Assembly: GCA_021738535.1 (NCBI GenBank)
Contig: JAIPBU010000008.1
Location: forward strand, 24,921-88,920
Direction of reading: 5' to 3'
DNA: 64,000 nucleotides
Source: Bacteroidales bacterium
Lineage (GTDB): Bacteria; Bacteroidota; Bacteroidia; Bacteroidales; VadinHA17
Positions 19,661 to 28,160 of this stretch are shown here, piece after piece. The notes beneath the pieces are model-generated. The model worked only from the letters and a program-made list of their open reading frames with translations, had not been told where the DNA came from and did not search any database. The translations under genes and the position numbers were made by a program. Position 1 is the first letter of the stretch. Every line of letters starts with the position of its first letter.

Positions 19661-21835
19661 ATGCATAGAAAAGAATTGTTGTTAATTCTTATTTGTTTAT
19701 TGCTTTTGTTCCGGACATCGGAATTGTCAGCACAGAAAACAGTTTTTATCCCTGCCGAATGGGATGAAAGGGGGATACCCTATTCGATGGAGAGAAGCTA
19801 TGAAAGTGAAAATTTTATTATCTTCTGGGGTGAAAAGGCAGGTGAATATCCGCTGAACGCACCACCCGATATCAGGTTTGATCCCGAAGAAACTGCAAAC
19901 ATTCTTGAAGGTGTTTTTTCCTGGTATGTTAATGAGGTTGAGCTTATCCCGGCAGACCATGGTAATTTTGCTCTTTACAAGTTTATTATTGTGATAAATG
20001 AAACCTGGAACCCACTGCCTGACGGATCAGAAATTTTTACCGGCTGGGCATTTGGGGGCTCTTATGAGTCTACCATAGGAGCTATGTGGATTCATCCAAA
20101 AGCACTCAATGATTTTACACTGACCCATGAATTTACCCATAGCATGCAAAATATGGCATGGATAGATTACCCGGGGCATGGATTTATTAACCATGATTAT
20201 GTGGGATCATTCTGGGAAACACATGCCAATTTTATGGCACTGCAGAAAAATCCTGAACTGGTAGAAAATACTGATCCCGCAAGATTTCTTTCAACCCAGC
20301 ATTTCTATTGGAGCTCTGCCAGGCACCATTATACTAACTGGATGTTCCTGCAATACATACTCGATACAGAGGGAATGGAATTTATTAACCGTATGTGGCG
20401 TGAGTCTGATATCGGAGAGCATCCGCTTCAAACACTTAAACGCCTGAAGGGAATTGATCAGGCTGGCCTCAATGATATGTTTGCCAGGTACGCAATGAGG
20501 AACGTGACTTTTGATTATTCAACTCGTCAGGAGATCAGGTACTCAGTTAATTATGATATCGACAGCAGGTATATCACAAGGCGCTTTACAATACCTGAAG
20601 AGATAAGCAGTTCCAGCGGAAGGTATATAGTGCCACGGCACCTGGCACCACAGGATTATGGTTATAACATAATCAGGTTATACCCGGATACGGATACATC
20701 AACAGTATCAGTTAAATTCAGAATACATGATAACGCCAATGCCGGCGGCGGAGGTACACGGACAGGGTTTGTCTTTGCAAAAGATGACGGGACAGCCAGG
20801 TATAGCAGTGTTTTTAATAATGATTTTACTACGGATTTTAAGATGGGCGAAGGAGAGACAGAACTCTATATGATCGTTACCGGTGCACCGGACAATCATC
20901 ATAATTATTCGTGGGAGCCGGGATTCCCAAAAATATACAGATTCCCCTGGGAGATGAGAATTGAAGGAGCCAGGCCAAATGGATATAATGATGACCCCTC
21001 GGCTGAGTATAAACCCGGCGCAGGGCGAACACATATTAACGGGGGAGGCTTTGTGTCTTATAGCGCCTCTGTAAGTGCATCTGCATATGTTGCTCCGGAT
21101 GCCGTTGTACGGGATAATGCTGTTGTGGGCCCAGGTGCCAGAATTGAAGGAGCAGCAGTAGTAATGGAGAATGCGGTTATAGAGGGTGAAGCCATAGTGT
21201 CTGGTTTTTCAGTTGTTGGTGGTAATGCTAATATAAAAGACTACGCCAGGGTGGAAGAATATGCAAGAGCCAATAATGGTGCAGTAATAAGTGGAAATGC
21301 TACGGTCAGGGGCTCTGCCTCTGTCTTTCATTCAACCGTGACAGATAATGCCACAGTTAAAGATAATGCATCAATGTGGGGGGCAACACTTGAAGGAACA
21401 GTAACAATAGGAGGCGATGCAGAGCATTTTGGTGCGTGCTCCTCAGGTACCTATTTGCAAATATACGGGCTTGATGGCAGGTCCTGCGATGGTAATGATG
21501 ATCACTCACTTAACGAAGACATTAACCCGGATTATTCTCCCTTCACTGACAGTGAAATGGGGGTTACAGCTGTAGGAAACCTTAAAAACGGTCCAAAACC
21601 CTACAAAATTATAGGCTCAAGATCTTGTGACAGAGTTCATCTGGTGCAGCGGTACGGGAATGGAACAGGAGTGAGAAGTGTCTCAGTTATAGATGCATCC
21701 GGTAAATTGTTAGGTCATTACAAATACTCACCTCTTGTATCGGATATTATTATAAATACCAGAGGAAAGGGAGTAGTCATAATGAAACTGGAAACCGTTA
21801 AAGGTGTGTTTGTTGAAAAATTTGTTTGCCTTTGA
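19661..21835 (+). CDS. Secreted zincin-like (HExxH) protein with hexapeptide-repeat region and T9SS C-terminal sorting domain
   Basis: The start at 19661 gives the signal peptide MHRKELLLILICLLLLFRTSELSAQ (the ORF is open from 19616). LTHEFTHSMQ, then SFWETHANF 26 residues later (gluzincin-like spacing). About 17 consecutive [VI]-x-x-x-[AST]-x hexapeptides (AYVAPDAVVRDNAVVGPGARIEGAAVVMENAVIEGEAIVSG...). C-terminal ~70 aa (VSVIDASGKLLGHYKY...VVIMKLETVKGVFVEKFVCL) resemble a T9SS sorting domain. Confidence 0.75.
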   Translation: MHRKELLLILICLLLLFRTSELSAQKTVFIPAEWDERGIPYSMERSYESENFIIFWGEKAGEYPLNAPPDIRFDPEETANILEGVFSWYVNEVELIPADHGNFALYKFIIVINETWNPLPDGSEIFTGWAFGGSYESTIGAMWIHPKALNDFTLTHEFTHSMQNMAWIDYPGHGFINHDYVGSFWETHANFMALQKNPELVENTDPARFLSTQHFYWSSARHHYTNWMFLQYILDTEGMEFINRMWRESDIGEHPLQTLKRLKGIDQAGLNDMFARYAMRNVTFDYSTRQEIRYSVNYDIDSRYITRRFTIPEEISSSSGRYIVPRHLAPQDYGYNIIRLYPDTDTSTVSVKFRIHDNANAGGGGTRTGFVFAKDDGTARYSSVFNNDFTTDFKMGEGETELYMIVTGAPDNHHNYSWEPGFPKIYRFPWEMRIEGARPNGYNDDPSAEYKPGAGRTHINGGGFVSYSASVSASAYVAPDAVVRDNAVVGPGARIEGAAVVMENAVIEGEAIVSGFSVVGGNANIKDYARVEEYARANNGAVISGNATVRGSASVFHSTVTDNATVKDNASMWGATLEGTVTIGGDAEHFGACSSGTYLQIYGLDGRSCDGNDDHSLNEDINPDYSPFTDSEMGVTAVGNLKNGPKPYKIIGSRSCDRVHLVQRYGNGTGVRSVSVIDASGKLLGHYKYSPLVSDIIINTRGKGVVIMKLETVKGVFVEKFVCL

Positions 21836-21921
21836 ATAGTGCGTATTTTACTTATGAAATGCCCTTCTATGTGGCAGGTATTTTGTATCTTCTATTGGAA
21901 ATAAACAATAAATTATAAATC

Positions 21922-22620
21922 ATGAAAAAGATATATTCATTGCTAGAACCAGCTGCCAGTAGCTTTAAGCCCTTGCTGGCCGGTATTCTGTTTGCTTTAC
22001 TATTTTCTTCAGTTTCCTTTTCACAGATAAAAGTGTCTGATGATATTCCACAGTATCTTTTTAACCGCTTTACTGATGGCCTGGTTGTGAAGAAAAGCGG
22101 CGAGAAGGTAGTTGCTGAGCTTAATTACAATATTGCCACCCAGGAAATGATATTTAAACAGGACGGGCAATTCCTTGCCCTGGGTAACCTGAATTCCATA
22201 GATACCGTATATCTTAATAATATGGTATTTATTCCTTCTGACAACATCTTTCTTGAACTTGCTGTAAGTGGAAAAATAAATCTCCTGGTTCAGTTCAGCG
22301 GAACAGCAAGGGTGAAAGGTGAAGACCTTGGGTACGGGGTTAGTTCAGAGACCAGCCGTGTAACTTCAATGTCCTCAATAAGTAATGGCGGTGCCTTGTA
22401 TAACCTGGACCTGCCTGATAACATAGAGATTACAAGGAACATAACATATTATGTCAGACAGGGAGAGGAGATGGAAAGATTTGTTAATGAAAGGGCTTTT
22501 GCCAGATTGTTCAGGGATAAGAAAAAGAAAATTAAGAATTACATTAAGGACAATAACCTTGACTTTGATAATTACAGTCATGTGGTACAGGTAGTTAAAT
22601 GGTTGAATGCTGAGCTTTAG
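21922..22620 (+). CDS. Hypothetical secreted protein, no recognisable family
   Basis: ORF of 232 aa with an N-terminal hydrophobic signal (LLAGILFALLFSSVSFSQ). It is tightly packed between the HExxH gene and GH31. I recognise no motifs. Confidence 0.6.
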   Translation: MKKIYSLLEPAASSFKPLLAGILFALLFSSVSFSQIKVSDDIPQYLFNRFTDGLVVKKSGEKVVAELNYNIATQEMIFKQDGQFLALGNLNSIDTVYLNNMVFIPSDNIFLELAVSGKINLLVQFSGTARVKGEDLGYGVSSETSRVTSMSSISNGGALYNLDLPDNIEITRNITYYVRQGEEMERFVNERAFARLFRDKKKKIKNYIKDNNLDFDNYSHVVQVVKWLNAEL

Positions 22621-22646
22621 TATTAATTAATAGAATAGTTGCTTTT

Positions 22647-24965
22647 ATGGCCTTCTCAAAATTCCACTCTGTTAATGTCATGATAATTATATTCCTCTTT
22701 TGTGCAATAAATCTGCATGGTCAAATCCTGGAATATAATAATAAACAGGTTAATATTAGGATTACAGAAACTGCAAAGTCTGCTTTACGTATTACACTTG
22801 AGCCGGCAGGAGGCAATATCGAAAAATCTTCCGAACCAGAACTGGCATTAGTTGATAAGCCGGAAGCAGATCTTTTTTTTAAATCAACACCTAAAACAGG
22901 TAGAGCCGGGACAGAAAATTTTATTATCAATTTTAAAAGTGATCCTCTCGCCTTAAGTATCAGTAATAAAGCAGGAAGAAAAATCCAGGACCTGGTCTTC
23001 AGTGAAAATGACAGTGTAATCTTCAGCCTTGATGACAATCCCATCCTCGGAATGGGAGAAGGTGGTCCGCGTATGGGCAGGGAATGGAGAGATGAAATGA
23101 TAGAGTTTGACAGAAGGGGCAGGATGCACAGGATGGAACCACGTTGGCAGGCAAATGCTTATGGCTCACGTAATCCCGTACCATTACTGGTTGGTACCGG
23201 CGGATGGGGCCTGTTTGTTGTCTCACCATGGGTGCAGGTTGATCTTAGAGATAAGGAAAGAGGTGTGTTTATCCCAACCCGTTCACTTGGTCTGCAGGTG
23301 GGAGTCCAGGACCAGGGAAACCAGCAGCAAAATTCAGGCAAGGGATTGCCACCGGCAGAAAATTATATACCAGGCCGCTTCGATATCTTTGTATTTGATA
23401 TCAGCAAACCGGAAGACTTTATGAATGACCTGGCCGGTATTACCGGTCGTGCTGTAATCCCTCCTGTATGGTCGCTTGGTTACATGCAATCACACAGGAC
23501 CCTGGAGGACGATAAGCAGATGATTGATATTGTGAAAACATTCAGGAAGAAAAAAATTCCTCTCGATGCAGTTATTTACCTTGGCACTGGGTTCTGTCCA
23601 AGGGGGTGGAATACCGAACAACCCTCATTTGATTTTAACCCCCAAGTATTCAGCAAAAAGCCATCAGAGGTGATCGATGATCTTCATGACCTGGATGTAA
23701 AAGTAGTGGTCCATATGGTGCCATGGGACAGGGATAAGCTGCCAACATTGCATGGTAATATTCCTGCGGAAACCGGCGAAAGTATTGATGAATCTCATAT
23801 TTTAAATTATTGGAAACAGCATATAGGGCTGGTTGAAAGTGGAATAGACGCCTGGTGGCCTGATGAGGGAGACTGGTTTAACCTGCATGAACGAATTAAG
23901 CGTCACCAGTTATATTACCAGGGGCCTTTATATACTGAAACAGACACAAGACCGTGGAGCCTGCACAGAAATGGTTATATTGGAATAGCACGCTGGGGTG
24001 GCTGGGTCTGGTCCGGTGATACGGAATCCTCATGGAAAACACTCGAAGGACAGATCGCTGTTGGCATAAATCATTCACTTAGCCTCTCACCTTTCTGGGG
24101 ATCGGATATTGGGGGATTCTACCCAAATGAAGAACTTGATGGTGAACTTTATGCAAGATGGTTCCAGTTTGGTGCTTTCTGCCCTTCCTTCAGGTCACAC
24201 GGACGTACATGGTGGACCCGTTTACCATGGGGTTGGGGCCTTGACGAAATGGGACCTGAGGAAAGCAGGCATAATCCTCTTGAATCAGAATTGAATAATC
24301 CTGAGATAGAACCTGTTTGCAGAAAATATGCCCAACTCAGGTACAGGCTCCTGTCTTATAACTATACCCTGGCATGGGAAGCCCGGACAAAAGGCCTGCC
24401 CATGATGAGGGCTATGTGGTTGCATTACCCGGAAGATAAAAGAGCAATAGCTAAGGGTGACCAGTATATGTGGGGCAGGGATATCCTGGTGGCTCCTGTG
24501 TATGAAAAGGGAGCACTCTCAAGGGAAGTTTACCTTCCAGAAGGAAACTGGTATGATTGGTGGACAAACAAAAAATACACGGGAGGAGAAAATATTACAC
24601 GTAATGTTAAACTTAGCATAATGCCCCTTTTTGTTCGTGAAGGAGCAATAATTCCTTTCGATCCGCCACGACAATATACCGGGCAGCACGTCAGTGACCC
24701 TCTGGAAATAAAAATTTATTCAGGAAGCAATGGTAAATATATATTGTACAGGGATGATGGACTAAGCCTGGATTACCTGGATAATAAACACACAGATATT
24801 ACGGAATTTGTATGGGATGATGAAAGTAAATTACTGACGGTCAGGCCTGCTGGTGTAGGCTCAGGTGCTGATGATACCGGTATGCCAATTAAATTACATC
24901 TTATACCTGGGGGCAAAACAAAACAAGTTGAATACAGAGGTAAGTTATTAAAGGTTAAATTCTGA
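22647..24965 (+). CDS. Glycoside hydrolase family 31 (alpha-glucosidase/alpha-xylosidase type)
   Basis: Signal peptide ...CAINLHGQ. GH31 blocks DAWWPDEGDWF, RPWSLHRNGYIGIARWGGWVWSGDTESSW, FWGSDIGGF, YARWFQFGAFCPSFRSHG. Confidence 0.88.
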   Translation: MAFSKFHSVNVMIIIFLFCAINLHGQILEYNNKQVNIRITETAKSALRITLEPAGGNIEKSSEPELALVDKPEADLFFKSTPKTGRAGTENFIINFKSDPLALSISNKAGRKIQDLVFSENDSVIFSLDDNPILGMGEGGPRMGREWRDEMIEFDRRGRMHRMEPRWQANAYGSRNPVPLLVGTGGWGLFVVSPWVQVDLRDKERGVFIPTRSLGLQVGVQDQGNQQQNSGKGLPPAENYIPGRFDIFVFDISKPEDFMNDLAGITGRAVIPPVWSLGYMQSHRTLEDDKQMIDIVKTFRKKKIPLDAVIYLGTGFCPRGWNTEQPSFDFNPQVFSKKPSEVIDDLHDLDVKVVVHMVPWDRDKLPTLHGNIPAETGESIDESHILNYWKQHIGLVESGIDAWWPDEGDWFNLHERIKRHQLYYQGPLYTETDTRPWSLHRNGYIGIARWGGWVWSGDTESSWKTLEGQIAVGINHSLSLSPFWGSDIGGFYPNEELDGELYARWFQFGAFCPSFRSHGRTWWTRLPWGWGLDEMGPEESRHNPLESELNNPEIEPVCRKYAQLRYRLLSYNYTLAWEARTKGLPMMRAMWLHYPEDKRAIAKGDQYMWGRDILVAPVYEKGALSREVYLPEGNWYDWWTNKKYTGGENITRNVKLSIMPLFVREGAIIPFDPPRQYTGQHVSDPLEIKIYSGSNGKYILYRDDGLSLDYLDNKHTDITEFVWDDESKLLTVRPAGVGSGADDTGMPIKLHLIPGGKTKQVEYRGKLLKVKF

Positions 24966-25097
24966 GAAGTAAAACATAAAACGACCTACCAAACTTTAAT
25001 CACCTGTCTGGTGCTATATCTTGGCCTCAATAGCAATGGATTATTGATCTGGCAGAACTTTTCGCAGTTCACAGTGTTATATTACTATAATTAAACT

Positions 25098-25643
25098 ATG
25101 ATCAACATGAAAAAAACACTGACTATTCTTTTTATTTCTGCCATGGCTATGCAGTTAAGCGGACAGGCAAATTTCTACGATAATTCGGCGCAAACAATAA
25201 GCGGCGAGAATTTTGATTTCAGCAGCCTTAAAGGCAAAAAAGTATTAATAGTAAACACGGCATCCAAATGTGGCTTTACGCCCCAGTATGAAAAGCTGCA
25301 GGAACTATGGGAACATTATGGTGGGGACGATTTTGTAATCATTGGTTTTCCGGCTAATAATTTTATGAACCAGGAACCAGGATCGGATACTGAAATACGC
25401 GAATTCTGTACCGAAAACTACGGCGTTACATTCCCGATGATGTCAAAAATATCAGTTAAGGGAAAAGATATGCACCCGGTCTATAAATGGCTCACTTCAA
25501 AAGAGCTAAACGGTGTTGAAGACTCAAAGGTATCATGGAATTTCCAGAAATACCTGGTGTCCGAAAACGGGACTCTTGAAAAAGTACTTAAACCACGTGT
25601 GAAGCCAGATGACCCCCAGGTTCTGGATTGGCTGAATGAGTAG
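25098..25643 (+). CDS. Glutathione peroxidase (Cys type)
   Basis: LIVNTASKCGFTPQY, FPANNFMNQEPG, WNFQKYLV. N-terminal signal-like segment. Alternative start at 25107. Confidence 0.9.
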   Translation: MINMKKTLTILFISAMAMQLSGQANFYDNSAQTISGENFDFSSLKGKKVLIVNTASKCGFTPQYEKLQELWEHYGGDDFVIIGFPANNFMNQEPGSDTEIREFCTENYGVTFPMMSKISVKGKDMHPVYKWLTSKELNGVEDSKVSWNFQKYLVSENGTLEKVLKPRVKPDDPQVLDWLNE

Positions 25644-25706
25644 AACATAGGTACTAATTTTTTGTTCCTGTATAATTGCTGAGAACATTTTAATAATTTT
25701 TTGATC

Positions 25707-25752
25707 AACCAGGTTTTAACTATTTTTGAATAGTGTGACCTGGTTTCTTTTT
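25707..25752 (+). terminator. Possible intrinsic terminator after the peroxidase gene
   Basis: AACCAGGT ... ACCTGGTT perfect 8-bp stem with an internal CTATT/AATAG sub-stem, followed by TCTTTTT. Confidence 0.45.
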
Positions 25753-25801
25753 ATTCTCTTATAACTATCAGGGTGCAATAAACTTATCTAATACTATTAT
25801 T

Positions 25802-27100
25802 ATGTTTGAAAATTTTGGCAGAGTAAAATATGAAGGTCGGGATTCTAAAAATCCCCTGTCATTCAGCTGGTATGATGAAAACCAGGTAGTAGCAGGCAGG
25901 AAAATGAAAGACCACCTCAGGTTTGCAGTGGCTTACTGGCACTCATTCTGTGGTGACGGATCAGATCAGTTCGGGGATCCAACGCGATTTTTTCCATGGG
26001 ACAGTGTTAAAGACCCACTGGATAAAGCAAAATATAAACTGGAAGCAGCTTTTGATTTTATTGCTAAGACAGGTGCTCCCTTTTACTGCTTTCATGACAC
26101 TGACCTGGTTGGTGATGGCCCTGTATTTGAAATAGAAAAACGGCTGGAGAAAATAATACCGCTCCTAAAAGAAAAACAAAGAGAAACAGGAATTAAACTT
26201 CTCTGGGGAACGGCAAACCTATTCTCAAACCCCAGGTATATGAATGGTGCTGCAACAAACCCGGATTTTAATGTCCTTACAAATGTGGCAACACAGCTCA
26301 AAAATGCCATCGATGCTACCATTGAGCTGGGTGGTGAGAATTATGTTTTCTGGGGTGGTCGTGAAGGATATATGAGCCTTCATAACACTGATATGAAAAG
26401 GGAACAGGAACACCTTGCCATGATGCTTAAAATGGCCCGTGATTACGGCCGCAAAAATGGTTTTAAAGGTACTTTCCTGGTAGAGCCCAAACCAATGGAA
26501 CCAACAAAACACCAGTATGATTATGATACCGACACCGTTATTGGATTCCTGAGGCATTATGGCCTGCAGGATGATTTTAAGGTTAACATAGAAGTAAACC
26601 ATGCCATTCTTGCCGGGCATACCTTCCAGCATGAGTTGCAGGTTGCGGCTAATGCCGGTATGCTGGGGAGCATAGACGCCAATAAAGGCGATTACCAGAA
26701 CGGTTGGGATACCGATGAATTTCCTACTAATATTTACGAAGTTACCGAAGCAATGATGGTTATATTGCAGGCAGGAGGCTTCAGTACCGGAGGGATTAAC
26801 TTCGATGCCAAACTGAGGCGTAATTCCATTGATCCCCGTGACCTTTTTTATGCACACATTTCAGGGATGGATACTTTTGCACGCGCCCTCATTACGGCAG
26901 ATAGAATACTTACTGATAGTGACTATCTCAAAATGCGGGAAGAACGCTATTCTTCCTTTAAATCAGGAAACGGGCAACTTTTTGAAAAAGGTGAAATGAG
27001 TCTTGAGGCAATGAGAGAACAGGCTGCCGGAGCAGTTCTACCCGGACAAATTAGTGGCAGGCAGGAGCTGTTCGAAATGATAATATCAAGGTATATTTAA
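25802..27100 (+). CDS. xylA: Xylose isomerase
   Basis: KYEGRDSKNPLSFSWYD, LRFAVAYWHSFCGDGSDQFG, FYCFHDTD, FWGGREGY, FLVEPKPMEPTKHQYDYD, NIEVNHA. Confidence 0.95.
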   Translation: MFENFGRVKYEGRDSKNPLSFSWYDENQVVAGRKMKDHLRFAVAYWHSFCGDGSDQFGDPTRFFPWDSVKDPLDKAKYKLEAAFDFIAKTGAPFYCFHDTDLVGDGPVFEIEKRLEKIIPLLKEKQRETGIKLLWGTANLFSNPRYMNGAATNPDFNVLTNVATQLKNAIDATIELGGENYVFWGGREGYMSLHNTDMKREQEHLAMMLKMARDYGRKNGFKGTFLVEPKPMEPTKHQYDYDTDTVIGFLRHYGLQDDFKVNIEVNHAILAGHTFQHELQVAANAGMLGSIDANKGDYQNGWDTDEFPTNIYEVTEAMMVILQAGGFSTGGINFDAKLRRNSIDPRDLFYAHISGMDTFARALITADRILTDSDYLKMREERYSSFKSGNGQLFEKGEMSLEAMREQAAGAVLPGQISGRQELFEMIISRYI

Positions 27101-27145
27101 ACACTCCTGGTGGATGTCCCGTACAGGATCAGCATGTGTTGCCTG

Positions 27146-27946
27146 TCAAAGCTTTCCGGATACAGCGTCGCGTCCGCTCATAAGCCTGCCGGGAATTCTG
27201 AGGAACATCTTAAAACTGCCGGTATAGGACAATACCGCCCCGTTCTTACTGTTATTGACTATTTTCTCAGCAAGAACACTGCACACAGGTTCAACTTCAT
27301 TCGCAAGCATATTATACAGCCTTTTCAACTTCCTGGTATCTCCCGTACCATGCCTTACCGGGTCAAGCAACATATCAGTAAGTACCATTCCGGGGATTAA
27401 CAACCCCAACCTTACACCGTCATTGCTGCTTATCTCTTTTGAAAAAGCCTTTGTGAAATATTGAAGTGCCCTTTTGGAAGTACCATAGGGGGTTAGCCCC
27501 TTCACCATGCGCCCATCACTGCCAAGACCGCCCATGTTATATATTTGTCCGCCACCCGAATCTTTCATCTTTAAGAAAGCCATTTTTGTTGCATACATGG
27601 CTCCTTTGAGATTTACATCAATAATTTGGGCTGAAAGATCAAAATCCAGGTCACTGAATTTTTCGGCAGGGTTGCTGATCCCTGCATTATTTATCCAGAT
27701 ATCCGGTTTACCGAAAATCTTGCTGCTGAAGGCCCACATGTTTTCCAGGTCATCACTCTTACTGACATCACAGACCACCCCTCTGAATCTTTTAGCAGGC
27801 CATTTCTCCTCAAGGGCTGACATGGCATCAATCACTGTGTTATCCGCACTGCCGCAAAATGTAACATTGAAATCCCTGTTAAGAAATTCCCTGACAAGAC
27901 CATAACCTATACCGCGCGTACCGCCGGTAATTGCAATATGTTTCAT
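27146..27946 (-). CDS. Short-chain dehydrogenase/reductase (SDR)
   Basis: ITGGTRGIGYG cofactor motif, NNAG, catalytic YGTSK. Confidence 0.85.
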   Translation of the reverse strand: MKHIAITGGTRGIGYGLVREFLNRDFNVTFCGSADNTVIDAMSALEEKWPAKRFRGVVCDVSKSDDLENMWAFSSKIFGKPDIWINNAGISNPAEKFSDLDFDLSAQIIDVNLKGAMYATKMAFLKMKDSGGGQIYNMGGLGSDGRMVKGLTPYGTSKRALQYFTKAFSKEISSNDGVRLGLLIPGMVLTDMLLDPVRHGTGDTRKLKRLYNMLANEVEPVCSVLAEKIVNNSKNGAVLSYTGSFKMFLRIPGRLMSGRDAVSGKL

Positions 27947-28160
27947 ATTAATGTGGCTTTCTTATTATTGGGTTAAATTTGCATCAATTGAAAATTATTA
28001 TATATATTAACTAATTATTGCAGGGATTACATGCTGCACTTTTTGAAAACGTAGTTTAATCTTCTGTTAAAATATAAGTAAAAGAACAACCGGATATTTT
28101 ATGCGTTATATAAATATAGCTCTTGTTCGATAAGCATTTAAAAACAAATAAATATACAAC

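Noticed and set aside
26225-26857. 210-aa ORF antisense to xylA, and similar long antisense ORFs at 8338-8778, 27507-27905, 34698-35183, 37025-37417 and 61304-61741
   Set aside because: Each lies wholly inside a well-supported gene on the opposite strand. Their composition is low-complexity or biased, and none has a recognisable motif. They are typical shadow ORFs.
27947-28160. ZTP (pfl) or THF riboswitch upstream of fhs
   Set aside because: The region is very AT-rich. It has none of the GC-rich conserved cores I associate with these riboswitches (for example GGGUCGUGAC...CCGGGCGGA or CCGCCUGGGC-like segments).
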